A DNA stretch of 64,000 nt from a bacterium (GTDB lineage Bacteria > Bacteroidota > Bacteroidia > UKL13-3), in NCBI GenBank assembly GCA_034439755.1, contig JAWXAZ010000121.1, positions 8,412 to 72,411 on the forward strand, given 5' to 3'. Under the pieces are notes generated by a model. It saw only the letters and a program-made list of their open reading frames with translations. It was not told where the DNA came from and searched no databases. Of this stretch, positions 10,901-19,852 are shown in pieces. Numbering within the stretch: position 1 is the first letter of the stretch; each line of letters starts with the position of its first letter. The position numbers were made by a program, and so were the translations under genes.

Positions 10901-13900
10901 ATGGACCTAAAATTTTTCTTGAACCAATTGGATCACCATTAATTGGCGCAGTATTTAATCCACCAATAACTAAGCTATCCACGCGTACATCAATAAAGTT
11001 GTTAGGCGTTGAAGTTGGTTTGGTATCATACGTTACCCAGAAATAATTTACCCCAGAACTTAATGTGCGCGACCCATTTACATAAAAGGTTCCATTTGGC
11101 GCTGTTATGGTTGAACCAAACTGATTAGAGGCAGAAAATACCGGACTGTTTCCTGTGAAATAAACACGCGCGTTCTGAATATCTGCTACACTGCTGGTAC
11201 CCGAAGTATTCAGTTTCATGGAAGATAAATTGAGCGCGTTAAAATTGTTTTGTGTGTAAACTCGCAAAGCAACAACCGCTTGGTTTGTGGAATTGATAGG
11301 AACAGCGGCCGATATTTGATCAACATTACTAGAGTCGAGCACCATCGAAATACCCGTAAACTCACCTTCATCTGCACCAATATCAGGTGCCGAGCCAGTG
11401 CCCGTATAACCAACATTTCCCTGACGAATAACATTATCTACATCAAAAGGTACAGTGGCAATTACGCTGGCTCCACTTTCACATAAGGTTGAAATGCTTG
11501 GGTCCAAATGCAAGAAATTAGGGTCTGAACCAATCAAACTTAAAAAACTCGGATTTTGTGTAACCGACGCTTGCTCAAAGGTGCCTAACCTTACTTGAAA
11601 ATCAGCCAAAGTTGAATCGCTTACCGTTCCATTAAAGAAAATTAAACTTAAATTACTTGGCACCCCAGCATAAAACAAGTTCCGGTTTGAGGTAGTACCA
11701 TAATTATTAAAAACATTGGCAGACCTTCTTGTTGCAGCTGTTCTGCCACTGCCATTTGGCACCGATGTATTAACAATAATATTGTTACGTAAATCCAAAG
11801 TGGCAGTTGTAGCAGTTACATTGGCTGTATGGAAAATGCCTGCGCTGCTAAAATTTGCACCACTAGAAATGGCAGACAATAAAATGGTGTTGTGATAAAC
11901 AGCAATGGTAGTACTTGCCGTGGCCGCTGTTAAGTTTATTCCAATAACGGTAGCAACCGTTCCATTTGAATTAGGTGCAAAAATATTTGAAATCAAATTG
12001 TTGAAAATTTGAGCTGTACCCGCTGTTGTTGACGAAATACTGATAGCCGATACAATGGTGGTTCCAACATTATTTGTGGTTAAATTATATACCCTGTTGT
12101 TAAATATCCGCGGCACACTCGAGCTCATTAAAATGCCTGTAACGGTTGAAGCGCCTGTTAAATTATAAATATTATTGTAAGATACTGTTCTAACTCCCGT
12201 AGCAGTAAAGGCATATAGTCCATAAACAATTCCAGTTCCTATATGGGTTAAATTATAGATGTTATTATACCTATAATTTTCATTGGTAGGAGAGGAAATA
12301 TCATATATTCCATAAAGCGCTCCGGAACCGGTTGTTTTAGCTACATTTAAATTATAAATATTGTTGCTATCGCAAACAATAGTGGTTCCTGAGAGCTGAA
12401 TTCCATACATAGTAGAGGTAGTACCAGATCCCGTAATATAAAAATTTCGTATCGTATTGTTTCGTATATTCTGATTGGTGCCACTAGAAAAATAAATACC
12501 AATCGTTGTTCCTCCTATTGTGCCATTTCTGGTAAGACTATCCAATACATTTCCATTGGCATTTACCGTAGTTGAAGCGCCACTGTTAAAAATTGGATAC
12601 CACGTTCCAGCCCCTGTAGTAGATGAATTAAAGATCATTCTAGTAAGGGTGTTGTTATTAATATTGGTGGTGGTAGTGCTTGCCGTTACTCCAATTACAT
12701 ATTGGGTGGTAAATATCCCTGTTAAAGAAATTGAATCAATAATATTGTTGTTAATATTAAGTGTGCCTATGCCAGCAAACTGACTCAAAATTACCGTTGC
12801 AGCTCCAGTGGTAGAATTCTTTGAATAACCGTAAATATAGTTGTTGTTTACATTTACTGTGCTTGCTGCAGAATTTACCCAAATAGCGGTAAACTGCGCT
12901 GTAGTGCTTGGCGCACTAGTACAATTCAAAAACTGATTGTTGCTAATGCTTAATACATTTCCATTTGCGCCTGTTTGTGCCATCTCCATGTCTACACACC
13001 AATTAATAGCCGTTGTATTTGCACCACCAAATATGGTAATGGTGTTGTTGTTTACCGTACAACTTGCGCCTGGTGAATTGGCAAAAAGCCAAATTCCACG
13101 GTTCGACGTAGGGTGATTTGCGCCACCGCCATCATTATTATTTACCGTATTATAAGAAATATTTGAGCCATATTGATTGCTCACAAAAACCGCAGCACAA
13201 GCATTACCTGCACCTGATCCACCACCAAAATTTTTGATGAAATTTCCTGTGCTCGCTTGATTTCCTCCCACATCGTTGCTTTGATCGGCCAAGGTATAAG
13301 GTGAGGCTACAGAACCGCCTGCCAAGGCAATTCCTATATTACAATTTTGAATGGTATTACCATAAAACTTATTAAATGAACTGGCACCAGAAACCGCTGT
13401 GGGAATAATTGCCGTGCCTACTAAAGTGCGGGTACAATTAATTACCTCAATGGCGGTGGCACCTGCAATATTCGCCCTTGGTCCTGCGCCATTTGTAATG
13501 TTATTCCTATTTAAATTAATTACACAGTTTTTGATGCTTACATAATTTATGCCATCTGTAACACTCCTTTTATATAAACCATATCCTACCTCCATGGTGG
13601 TAATATTGGTGGTATTGGTGCTTGGGTCAAACAAATCAACACCATCTATGGTTACATAATCTGTTCCCGAAATAGCCCACATTATGTCAATTGAATCCGT
13701 TGAACTGGCAATTTTACTGCCAACAAAAGCCGTAATTAAAGGGCTTGCTAGGGCTAACCCAGACTTTTGAAAGGTAATGGTATTGGTTGCAGATACACTT
13801 GCATTGAGTACAGAACTTCCCAATAAAATTGGCGCCGTTAAAACCTCTGTATAAAAGTTACCTGCGCCAATATTAAAAGTCACTGCGCCACTCACACCAT

Positions 13901-14057
13901 TTTGGTTCAGGGCGGCTACCGCATCTTGGATGGTTGTATAACTACCCGGGATAGAATAGGTTCCAGACAAAGATTGCGCCCTTGTTATTGTTACATTAAT
14001 TGCCAGTAATAATACTACCAGCAAGATTCTCCTTTTACTTGTAAAAAATTGATTCAT
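4989..14057 (-). CDS. Giant (3022 aa) secreted cell-surface protein. Parallel beta-helix-like N/G/T/S-rich repeats with a T9SS C-terminal sorting domain. Putative adhesin.
   Basis: Uninterrupted 9 kb ORF. N-terminal signal peptide. Hundreds of NxxI/NNNxI beta-helix-like repeats. C-terminal T9SS CTD (…GIYFLKVIRFHD…LVKR). Confidence 0.85.
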   Translation of the reverse strand: MNQFFTSKRRILLVVLLLAINVTITRAQSLSGTYSIPGSYTTIQDAVAALNQNGVSGAVTFNIGAGNFYTEVLTAPILLGSSVLNASVSATNTITFQKSGLALASPLITAFVGSKIASSTDSIDIMWAISGTDYVTIDGVDLFDPSTNTTNITTMEVGYGLYKRSVTDGINYVSIKNCVINLNRNNITNGAGPRANIAGATAIEVINCTRTLVGTAIIPTAVSGASSFNKFYGNTIQNCNIGIALAGGSVASPYTLADQSNDVGGNQASTGNFIKNFGGGSGAGNACAAVFVSNQYGSNISYNTVNNNDGGGANHPTSNRGIWLFANSPGASCTVNNNTITIFGGANTTAINWCVDMEMAQTGANGNVLSISNNQFLNCTSAPSTTAQFTAIWVNSAASTVNVNNNYIYGYSKNSTTGAATVILSQFAGIGTLNINNNIIDSISLTGIFTTQYVIGVTASTTTTNINNNTLTRMIFNSSTTGAGTWYPIFNSGASTTVNANGNVLDSLTRNGTIGGTTIGIYFSSGTNQNIRNNTIRNFYITGSGTTSTMYGIQLSGTTIVCDSNNIYNLNVAKTTGSGALYGIYDISSPTNENYRYNNIYNLTHIGTGIVYGLYAFTATGVRTVSYNNIYNLTGASTVTGILMSSSVPRIFNNRVYNLTTNNVGTTIVSAISISSTTAGTAQIFNNLISNIFAPNSNGTVATVIGINLTAATASTTIAVYHNTILLSAISSGANFSSAGIFHTANVTATTATLDLRNNIIVNTSVPNGSGRTAATRRSANVFNNYGTTSNRNLFYAGVPSNLSLIFFNGTVSDSTLADFQVRLGTFEQASVTQNPSFLSLIGSDPNFLHLDPSISTLCESGASVIATVPFDVDNVIRQGNVGYTGTGSAPDIGADEGEFTGISMVLDSSNVDQISAAVPINSTNQAVVALRVYTQNNFNALNLSSMKLNTSGTSSVADIQNARVYFTGNSPVFSASNQFGSTITAPNGTFYVNGSRTLSSGVNYFWVTYDTKPTSTPNNFIDVRVDSLVIGGLNTAPINGDPIGSRKILGPLNGNYLVGSTQTYSTVTAAVSDLGSLGVSGPVTFILTDTIYNAATGEVFPITIGSYTGASSTNTVTISPSIGNFARIESFNNVATLDLNGVNYLKIDGRPGATGGFMLGNNLIISNATTTAPAMRFINEASNNSILYTDLRANNLTATGVFGAGVVSFGTTTGFNGNDNNLIRYSHIHENAGGSPVVNISSIGSATSVATNNDNNIIDSCEVYNFYHPSIATAAVYLGANNGSWQINSNKFYQSNALNYTLAVTHRVLWITPNVANLTSASGFIIHHNFIGGNNASGTGSYTLTGTNGYLFNVMDISVGLGTPTSIQGNTISNVNVASTGGSAINFLGINLANGNVNCGTLTGNLIGSRSVNGAITYTSNGINGGAMGIRTGGGTGNTFNIANNIISGFDLYGNATSNAAEFFGINLFTGTNINVFNNMIGDTLLPNSIQLLSTSATSTFAQRVTGIFINPNAGTPVFNVYNNIICNFLNYYAATGAQAACTRGVALLPTIAGSYTVNNNRIFNLYTASNTTGGGVNSTLAGIAVNQTVGNAIITSNSISNINLIGSSMSGAITAVGIFYSTPSAGTNLVGRNNIHTINIAAMNPSAFISGMDIAAGNGVIQNNMIRLGIDSFGSAIQVPCVFRGITKNSGNLSIYFNSVYIGGSNISNSNANTFAFQRSGSGTDIVRNNIFVNNRSNANGSGKHYDVFLLNGTGLTLNNNDYFGTGTGFVFGSLNNGVSDVTAFQTGWLSTDNASTFANPQFINPNGTFLSGDLHIHPTQATPIEGGAVAISTITDDFDGQNRSSFSPSDMGADAGNFVQLDVFAPIIGNIAVSNTSSTGDRVFLANITDQTGIPISSGNDPKVYYKKFAAGSFTSSSAMRVFGNAQNGNYNFTISQAALSGLSLGDSIYFFLVAQDSSLSSNLGSLPGGVVASNVNTITSAPSALFSYRIVAGLGGTINVGVGQTFTSLTGVGGLFEAINNGSITSNVNAVITSDLLEDGTNGLNQINETGAGNYMFNIIPDGTTERLIAGNNAAGLIRLNGADRVKMDGRFNGSGRFLRIRNRVQTGHAITFLNDAKKDTVAYCHVESVNNSVGTILFSTSNVSGGTGNDSNVVTFCIVRDTLGSVTTSNVHNTGISSSGTAGLENDANVISNNEVVNFGFNAINLNAAGLGDNWKILNNAVYTNVPRANIFNVFQVSGGNGHVIDNNSIGGSAPNRSGAAFETTTATTPGFYGMNISVGSNSATQITNNTLSNISGGTRAVNAIHVTGGLVNIANNTIGGGAMPYDTIRNGYDNGTINITGGTVTVSNNTIGNIAYYGASGDRTSGITVSGGTVNINGNTIRDISGNASGTAFTFLITGIQLSGGINHVVENNQIYNIQNTNSSTSAYTVSGITVTSATNLLINRNRISRIWGNGTGTGANSNQVFGIYNAAIGNSTVRNNQVTLGQNTLGETRVYGVQDVSGSGNNYYYYNSILINGNVSSGSNNSYCIQRTGLANVVTFNNIFYNKRTINGTGANYASGSNSLTGVTPAVVNYNLYVVNDTTKLAEGPATFANSVSVYNTLYSNAGTYPSNWYVLASDLPASTFFTDTLVGNLNIVSSDANSWYANGKGLPLSGLNSDFNNALRSVSIASGATDLGSQEFTPSVIPALATASASPSANGTTTYTYGGRQIASITWGSAGTLPSSVALRYYSGSNAPNLLTGKTRYNAYFDVAATGGSGYSYNISLLADSSTLGDVSGLSNTKIAKYSTSWNLINTSATNGVLGTMFTTAAQTGFGIFTGTDGNNNPLPVTLSSFSARANEGDVLLNWVTASEKNNHGFYVERSLDGRIFTAIDFVAGKGNSNTAVSYNFKDVNSFVDAQTSQLYYRLRQVDLDGQETLSDIRLVQESKILSGFVEAFPNPFESGLTLNFNNNESGSAVIEVLDLNGKMVLSFAKDLEQGNSTIGVQEMNELSAGIYFLKVIRFHDIDVLKLVKR

Positions 14058-14313
14058 GTGTTTTATTGCTTGTTTAATTTAGGATTAGGGTATGCTTAAA
14101 AAAATCACAAAATCATAAGTGGCATTTTCTCCTATTTCAATCTTTCAAATGAAATAATTAGCATGCACGTCTCATGATTTTAATAAGCATTTTACAACAT
14201 TTTTATGGCTTTTCTGACTTTTATAAATCTAAAGACCGCAAAAAGGATTAAACAGTTGCAACCCGACGAAAAACAGACAATTAGAGCAGCATCACATTAA
14301 AATGAAATGAAAG

Positions 14314-15021
14314 TTATTTGCCCAAAAATGCTTCCGTATTAAAAATAAAACCCACACCAAAAACATTTTCGATGTTAAGACTTGGGTCGTCCTTAATATA
14401 TTTCCTAATTTTAGTAATAAATACATCCAAACTTCTTCCCAAAAAGTAATCATTCTCTCCCCAAATTTCATTAAGCAAATCTTCTCGTTTCACCACCTTA
14501 TTTTGGTGTTTACATAAATACAAAAACACCTCACTTTCCTTCTCGGTCATGCGTTTCGTTATCCCATCCTTAAACAAAGATTGGTTCTCAAAATTAAACA
14601 CAAATTTCCCAACAAGAATGGGCGCTATTTCGCTATTAACAGCATCTGGTAACCGACGCACAATTGCCTTTATCTTCCAAAGCAATTCCTCCTCGTCAAA
14701 AGGCTTTGTAATATAATCATCAGCCCCCAAATCATACCCAATAAGCTTATCGGCCTTTTGAGATTTGGCAGTAATAAAAATTAACGGAATAAGCGGGTTT
14801 TGCAATCTAACTGCCTTTGCCAATGTAAACCCATCCATTTTTGGCATCATCACATCAAAAATACACAAATCAAATTTGCCCGCCTCAAAAGCCTTTAGCG
14901 CAATTTCCCCGTCCTTGCAAAGCCTCACCTCAAAGCCTTCATCTTCTAAATAATCAACCAACAACATACCTAAATTTAGGTCGTCCTCTGCCAACAATAT
15001 TTTAGTGCGCTTCTTAAGCAT
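14314..15021 (-). CDS. OmpR-family two-component response regulator
   Basis: Receiver domain (ILLAEDD…D…K) plus winged-helix trans_reg_C (…LLNEIWGEN…RSLDVFITKIRKYI). Confidence 0.85.
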   Translation of the reverse strand: MLKKRTKILLAEDDLNLGMLLVDYLEDEGFEVRLCKDGEIALKAFEAGKFDLCIFDVMMPKMDGFTLAKAVRLQNPLIPLIFITAKSQKADKLIGYDLGADDYITKPFDEEELLWKIKAIVRRLPDAVNSEIAPILVGKFVFNFENQSLFKDGITKRMTEKESEVFLYLCKHQNKVVKREDLLNEIWGENDYFLGRSLDVFITKIRKYIKDDPSLNIENVFGVGFIFNTEAFLGK

Positions 15022-16276
15022 TCTTTAAAGGTAATTTAAACAAAATGGTAGTACCCGCACCAAGTTCACTCGTTATCCCTACCGTTCCACCATGAAGTTC
15101 AATAATTTTTTTCACATACGATAAGCCCAGGCCAAACCCTTTAACATCATGCAAATTTCCTGTTGGCACCCTGTAGTATTTATCAAACACATGCGCCAAA
15201 TAAGCCTTCTCAATTCCAGTGCCCCTGTCACTTATTTTACAAACAATTGCTCCATTTTCAGCATAGGTTTCAACCACAATTGACAAACTCTCTTTTGAAT
15301 ATTTTATGGCATTGTCTAACAAGTTGCAAACAACATTGTTTAAGTGCGCCTTATCGCCAAATACCATGGCGTCTGCAGCCCGCAAGTTGCAGTCTATGGT
15401 GCCATTTTCATTTTCGGTCTGAACCGATATGCATGTTACAGCATTATTGATGAGGCTGTTTAAATCAATGTCCTCCTTTTGAAACGGAAACTCCTCGCGT
15501 TCCAAAGCCGTAATGCTTAAAACCTGCTCAACCCCTGCGCGCAATTTTTCATTCTCCGTTTTAATAATCCCCGCATAGTGTTTAACCTTTTCTTCCACCC
15601 CAATATTTGTTTCCTTCACCATCATTTTGCTGGCCAATCCAATATTGGTGAGCGGCGTCTTAAACTCATGCGTCATATTGTTTAGAAAATCTGTGGTGCG
15701 CGCAGCTAATTTTTTTTCTTTTATCAAGGTTCTAACCGTTTGCAAAAAAAGCAGAAAAACAACAACGATTAAGAGAATAGAGGATAAAAATATCAAGCCC
15801 ATCTCTTCAATAATAAATGCCTTTTTTTCCGGAAAAATAAGCTTCAATTCCAGTCCGCTTCTGTAGGCAATTTCCTCAATCCTTTTCTTATACACATTAC
15901 CCGCTTGGTTGCTCCTCTTGTGCTTTCCTGCGTGCTGCCCATGCTGAATAACTTCATAGGTATAATCTAAATGAAAGTTATAAAATCCCATATAAAAATT
16001 AAGCAAGGAATCAATTTTTTTGGCCTCCGTTTTTCCCAAAGCCAATCGACAATCTTTGTTGCTTTCCTCTACACAATAGGCATTCATTTTCTCACAGGTT
16101 TTTTTATCAGCACAAAGTTCCTGCGTGGTTCTAGACAAAACCATATTTGCCTTTTCATTAAACAATTCTTCCTTTACCAAGGCGGTTTTCATAAGCCAAA
16201 GAACTTGTATAACCAGCAATGCCACCAAAGCAAGTCCAGATAAAACAACAAAATAAAAGTTGCGGTCCTTCTTCAT
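15014..16276 (-). CDS. Sensor histidine kinase with periplasmic Cys/His-rich sensing domain
   Basis: HisKA H-box (MTHEFKTPLT). HATPase G-boxes (DRGTGI…GFGLGLSYVK…GGTVGITSELGAGT). Two TM segments flank a sensor loop with C-x4-C…C…C and HGQHAGKH. Overlaps the regulator by 8 nt. Confidence 0.85.
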   Translation of the reverse strand: MKKDRNFYFVVLSGLALVALLVIQVLWLMKTALVKEELFNEKANMVLSRTTQELCADKKTCEKMNAYCVEESNKDCRLALGKTEAKKIDSLLNFYMGFYNFHLDYTYEVIQHGQHAGKHKRSNQAGNVYKKRIEEIAYRSGLELKLIFPEKKAFIIEEMGLIFLSSILLIVVVFLLFLQTVRTLIKEKKLAARTTDFLNNMTHEFKTPLTNIGLASKMMVKETNIGVEEKVKHYAGIIKTENEKLRAGVEQVLSITALEREEFPFQKEDIDLNSLINNAVTCISVQTENENGTIDCNLRAADAMVFGDKAHLNNVVCNLLDNAIKYSKESLSIVVETYAENGAIVCKISDRGTGIEKAYLAHVFDKYYRVPTGNLHDVKGFGLGLSYVKKIIELHGGTVGITSELGAGTTILFKLPLKNA

Positions 16277-16413
16277 TTATAGCACAAACTTAGGTAAATA
16301 TTTCTTGCCAACTATCTGCTATAACAAGTCGTTAACAAGACAATAACTTCTCACTAACAAAATGAACCAAGGCATGGGTCTACATTTGTACCATACAATT
16401 AAACAAAACAACC

Positions 16414-16674
16414 ATGAAAAAATTAATTTTAAGCTCCGCACTAGTTGCTCTTTTTGCATTTTCGTCTTATGCTTGTGAAGGTGGAAAATGTGAAAAAGGA
16501 GATAAAAATTGTGCTAAGAAGGAGTGTGCTAAGGACAAAAAATGCGACAAAAAAGGTGGCCCAGGCGAATGCAAATTCGAGAAAAAAGGAAACAAGGATG
16601 GCGCAAATTGCAACAAGCCTTGCAAAGCAGAAACCAATAACAACCAAGTTAAACCAACTGTAATTATTAAATAG
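16414..16674 (+). CDS. Small secreted Cys- and Lys-rich protein (86 aa, about 10 Cys in the mature part)
   Basis: Signal peptide MKKLILSSALVALFAFSSYA. Mature part is CEGGKCEKGDKNCAKKECAKDKKCDKKGGPGECKFEKKGNKDGANCNKPCKAE…. Transcribed divergently from the kinase/regulator pair. Confidence 0.55.
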   Translation: MKKLILSSALVALFAFSSYACEGGKCEKGDKNCAKKECAKDKKCDKKGGPGECKFEKKGNKDGANCNKPCKAETNNNQVKPTVIIK

Positions 16675-16816
16675 CCTAAGCTATTTGATAATTTTACATG
16701 GATAAATGCCCCTTTAACAAAATATACTGTTCAATGAGATATCTCTCAAAATTGGACTATATTTTCTGCAATCGGTGCAAAATCCATCGAGAAAAAATAA
16801 ACTAAATCTCATAAAA

Positions 16817-16860
16817 AAGGAGGCTGTTTCAAATAATGAAATAGCCTCCTTTTTCTTTAA
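16817..16860. terminator. Bidirectional hairpin terminator between convergent genes
   Basis: GGAGGCT…AGCCTCC stem (7 bp) with an A-run on one side and TTTTTCTTT on the other. Confidence 0.55.
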
Positions 16861-19667
16861 TTTGAACCAATCAACACCTTCTTCAAAATGCTTCCTTGAT
16901 TAGACTTAAGCTTCAAAAAGTAAAGGCCAGGTTGAATATCAGATACATTTATTTTGTGCGAAAAGGCGCTTTGGTTCAGACCGAAAGCACCTACCAATTT
17001 GCCATTTAGATCGAACAATATTGCTTCTTCCAACAACAATCCATCAGCATCAATATACATGATTCCTTGCGCCGGATTTGGGTAAATTTGCACCAACTCA
17101 TTCTTATCAAGTTGTTTTAAACCAACTGTTACCAAAGGATTTTGGTTGATTTTTTTATCTGTGAAAACCTTGTAATCTCCTGCCTTTAAAGCCACTTCTT
17201 GGTTCACATCCAACACTTCTATAGAATCGCCATAGATATAATTGTACCACCAACCCGTGTGTTGAAAAACAGGTTTTGCCACTCCGGCAACTACATCAAA
17301 ATTGCCCGCTATCACCGTATTCATGCTATCGTGCGTTACCTTGAGTGTTTTAATTACGCCAGATACATTGTAATCATAATTGTTCGAACCCAATGACACA
17401 TGCTGTTTCAAGGCTGCCAACAGTGCAATTTCATTTCGCACAGCAAGCCTTTCTGGAACATTTAAATAATCCCACTTAAAGGGCTTATTTCCCAACCTAC
17501 CATTGGTGTTAATGCTAACTTCATAACCCAACTCCCCGCCTTGCCAAAGCATCTTTGGACCGCGCAATGGCAACAACAACGCATGATAAGCCGCCACGCG
17601 TCTCAAAGCCGTATTCAATGTTTTGGTAGAATAATTTGCATTTGCATTGCCATACGTTAGGCAAGAAAACATTACCCTTTCCTCGTCGTGACTCTCTGCA
17701 TAGGTTACTAAATTGGGTTTAGAAAAGCCGCGCGACTTATAATTTCCCCAACTTAAATTAGCCTTAGAATTGCTATAACCCATCATAGACTCGGCATAAG
17801 ACTCGGTCATTTTACCCCACATAATAAAACCCGAATCGGCCAACACTTTTTCCTCTTGGTTGTCTCCCAAATGCTCTAAAATCAAATACGCATCGGGCGA
17901 ATATTTTAAAATCTCTCCCCTAATTCTATTCCAAATATCTAAACGACCTTGGTCAAAGGCACTCCAAGCACCCACATCTGAACCCGAATTTTTTTGCGTA
18001 AAACCTTTCGATAAATCAAACCGGTATCCATCAATTTTATATTCTGTAATCCAGAATTTAATAACCCTATCCACAAAATCACGCGTGGGCTGTGCATTGT
18101 GGTTATAATCATAACCAACCCCAAATGGATGCTTATCAACTTGGTTAAACCAAGGATTATTTGCAGTGGGCTCACCATACAAACCAGCAGCCGCATCAAA
18201 GTACATGCGCACCTGCGGGTTCTGGCCAAAAGAATGATTCAAAGCAATGTCTAAAACTACTGCCATATTCTCTTGGTGACAAGCATCCACAAAGGCTTGC
18301 AAGTCGGCCTTTGTACCATAATATTTATCCAAAGCAAAATAAAACATCGGATTATAACCCCAACTTTCATTCCCTTCAAACTCCATTATTGGCATCAATT
18401 CAATGCAATTTACACCCAACTTTTTAAGGTATCCCAAAGTATCCTTTAAGGTTTTAAAATCGTGCTTTCCAATAAAATCGCGAAGCAACATTTCATATAC
18501 CACCAAGCGCTCTGCCTCTGGCTTTTTATAGTTGCTCGACTTCCACAAATAAGGAACCCGAGCCGTTTGTAAAACAGAAACCACCTCGGTTGTTTTACCC
18601 ACCGGATAAGGCTTTAAATTTGGATAGGTGGAAGGCAAAATATAACTGTCGTTATAGGGGTCTAACAGCTTCTCTGCATATACATCTGCCACCTTCATTA
18701 ACCCTTGGTCAATTGAATATTGAAACGCATATTCTTTGCCCTTTTCCAAACCACCTATGCTTAACCAAAAATGAAGTCCATCACTGCTCTTATTCATAAA
18801 ATAAGTAGGGCTCAATTCCCAATTATTAAAATCCCCAATTACATAAATAAAATTTTTAAAAGGAGCATAAATCTTTAAAAGAACCGCGGTGTCATTTATA
18901 TAATTTATGCCATTCTCCATTCCCGCTGGAAGCTCTACAATACTGGGGTTTCGGCGCTCCATTATATAACTAGAATCGAATGCCTTTTCTCCGTTAACCT
19001 CCCCCATCAACACCAAATTAATTCGGTTTGAACCAAGGCTCGAAAACAAACGATTCAACAACAAAACACTGTCGCTATATAACGAGTCAACCAATTGGTT
19101 ATTGGCAAACAATTTTAAGGTACAAGTTTGTGAGGCCGAAGCAATAAAGCGAACCGTATCTGCCGCATTGTAAAAAGACATTTTTGCCGGACTGTTTAAC
19201 TTTACCTGAAACACCCCCTGATTAATATCCAAAAAGATGTCGCCACCCGAGCTGGTTTTACCCGTTTTACTTCCATCCGAATTCCTGAAAACTATTGCCA
19301 ATTTTAAAATTTGTTCATTGGCAGGAACACCATAATAACTGCGAATATTGCCAATATTTAAAGTGTATTTATTGCTCGAACCAATGCGCGTTAACAAAGC
19401 CTTAGGCAAATTGGTGGTCCAAGTGGTTAACACATATTTCCAATCGCTAGACGAAGTGCTTAAATTGGTAATAACCCCTGTATGCGCATAAATGATAGAC
19501 TCTCCCAACAAACCCGCATTTCCTTGCGAAGCATCAAACGTAAGAACCACATTAGCGGTGTTTGCATTGGCAAAAGCCGGACTAATACTAACAATTTGCT
19601 GGGCCCATAAGCCCGAAGCAAAACAAAACAAAAAGGCAATTGCCAAAATCTTTCCGGTTTTTTTCAT
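16857..19667 (-). CDS. GH13 alpha-amylase-family glycoside hydrolase with T9SS C-terminal sorting domain
   Basis: GH13 conserved regions (DGYRFDLSKG; EHLGDN; AESHDE). Signal peptide at the internal Met (MKKTGKILAIAFLFCFASGLWAQQ), so the start is moved to 19667. T9SS CTD at the C-terminus (…GLYFLKLKSNQGSILKKVLI). Confidence 0.8.
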   Translation of the reverse strand: MKKTGKILAIAFLFCFASGLWAQQIVSISPAFANANTANVVLTFDASQGNAGLLGESIIYAHTGVITNLSTSSSDWKYVLTTWTTNLPKALLTRIGSSNKYTLNIGNIRSYYGVPANEQILKLAIVFRNSDGSKTGKTSSGGDIFLDINQGVFQVKLNSPAKMSFYNAADTVRFIASASQTCTLKLFANNQLVDSLYSDSVLLLNRLFSSLGSNRINLVLMGEVNGEKAFDSSYIMERRNPSIVELPAGMENGINYINDTAVLLKIYAPFKNFIYVIGDFNNWELSPTYFMNKSSDGLHFWLSIGGLEKGKEYAFQYSIDQGLMKVADVYAEKLLDPYNDSYILPSTYPNLKPYPVGKTTEVVSVLQTARVPYLWKSSNYKKPEAERLVVYEMLLRDFIGKHDFKTLKDTLGYLKKLGVNCIELMPIMEFEGNESWGYNPMFYFALDKYYGTKADLQAFVDACHQENMAVVLDIALNHSFGQNPQVRMYFDAAAGLYGEPTANNPWFNQVDKHPFGVGYDYNHNAQPTRDFVDRVIKFWITEYKIDGYRFDLSKGFTQKNSGSDVGAWSAFDQGRLDIWNRIRGEILKYSPDAYLILEHLGDNQEEKVLADSGFIMWGKMTESYAESMMGYSNSKANLSWGNYKSRGFSKPNLVTYAESHDEERVMFSCLTYGNANANYSTKTLNTALRRVAAYHALLLPLRGPKMLWQGGELGYEVSINTNGRLGNKPFKWDYLNVPERLAVRNEIALLAALKQHVSLGSNNYDYNVSGVIKTLKVTHDSMNTVIAGNFDVVAGVAKPVFQHTGWWYNYIYGDSIEVLDVNQEVALKAGDYKVFTDKKINQNPLVTVGLKQLDKNELVQIYPNPAQGIMYIDADGLLLEEAILFDLNGKLVGAFGLNQSAFSHKINVSDIQPGLYFLKLKSNQGSILKKVLIGSN

Positions 19668-19852
19668 ATCTATTTCTTTATCAAAAATATTATGCCTACA
19701 AATTACGCCATTTCCTTTCTTTAAAAAAACGCCTTTCTTAATGCGCAATGTCAATTTAAGGCCCATATAAGACATATTGCCAAAAAAATAAGACATAAAT
19801 CGCCGATAGCCTAATTTGAATTGCCATTATTTGCCAATTAAAATTATTTTGC

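Noticed and set aside
5470-12783. Numerous 60-95-aa plus-strand ORFs inside the 9 kb T9SS gene
   Set aside because: They are antisense or out-of-frame chance ORFs within a long compositionally biased gene, with no independent support.
16441-16663. Two ORFs overlapping the Cys-rich small protein gene, one antisense and one in an alternate plus-strand frame
   Set aside because: They sit on the opposite strand or in another frame from an ORF that has a clear signal peptide. The real gene is taken to be 16414..16674(+).
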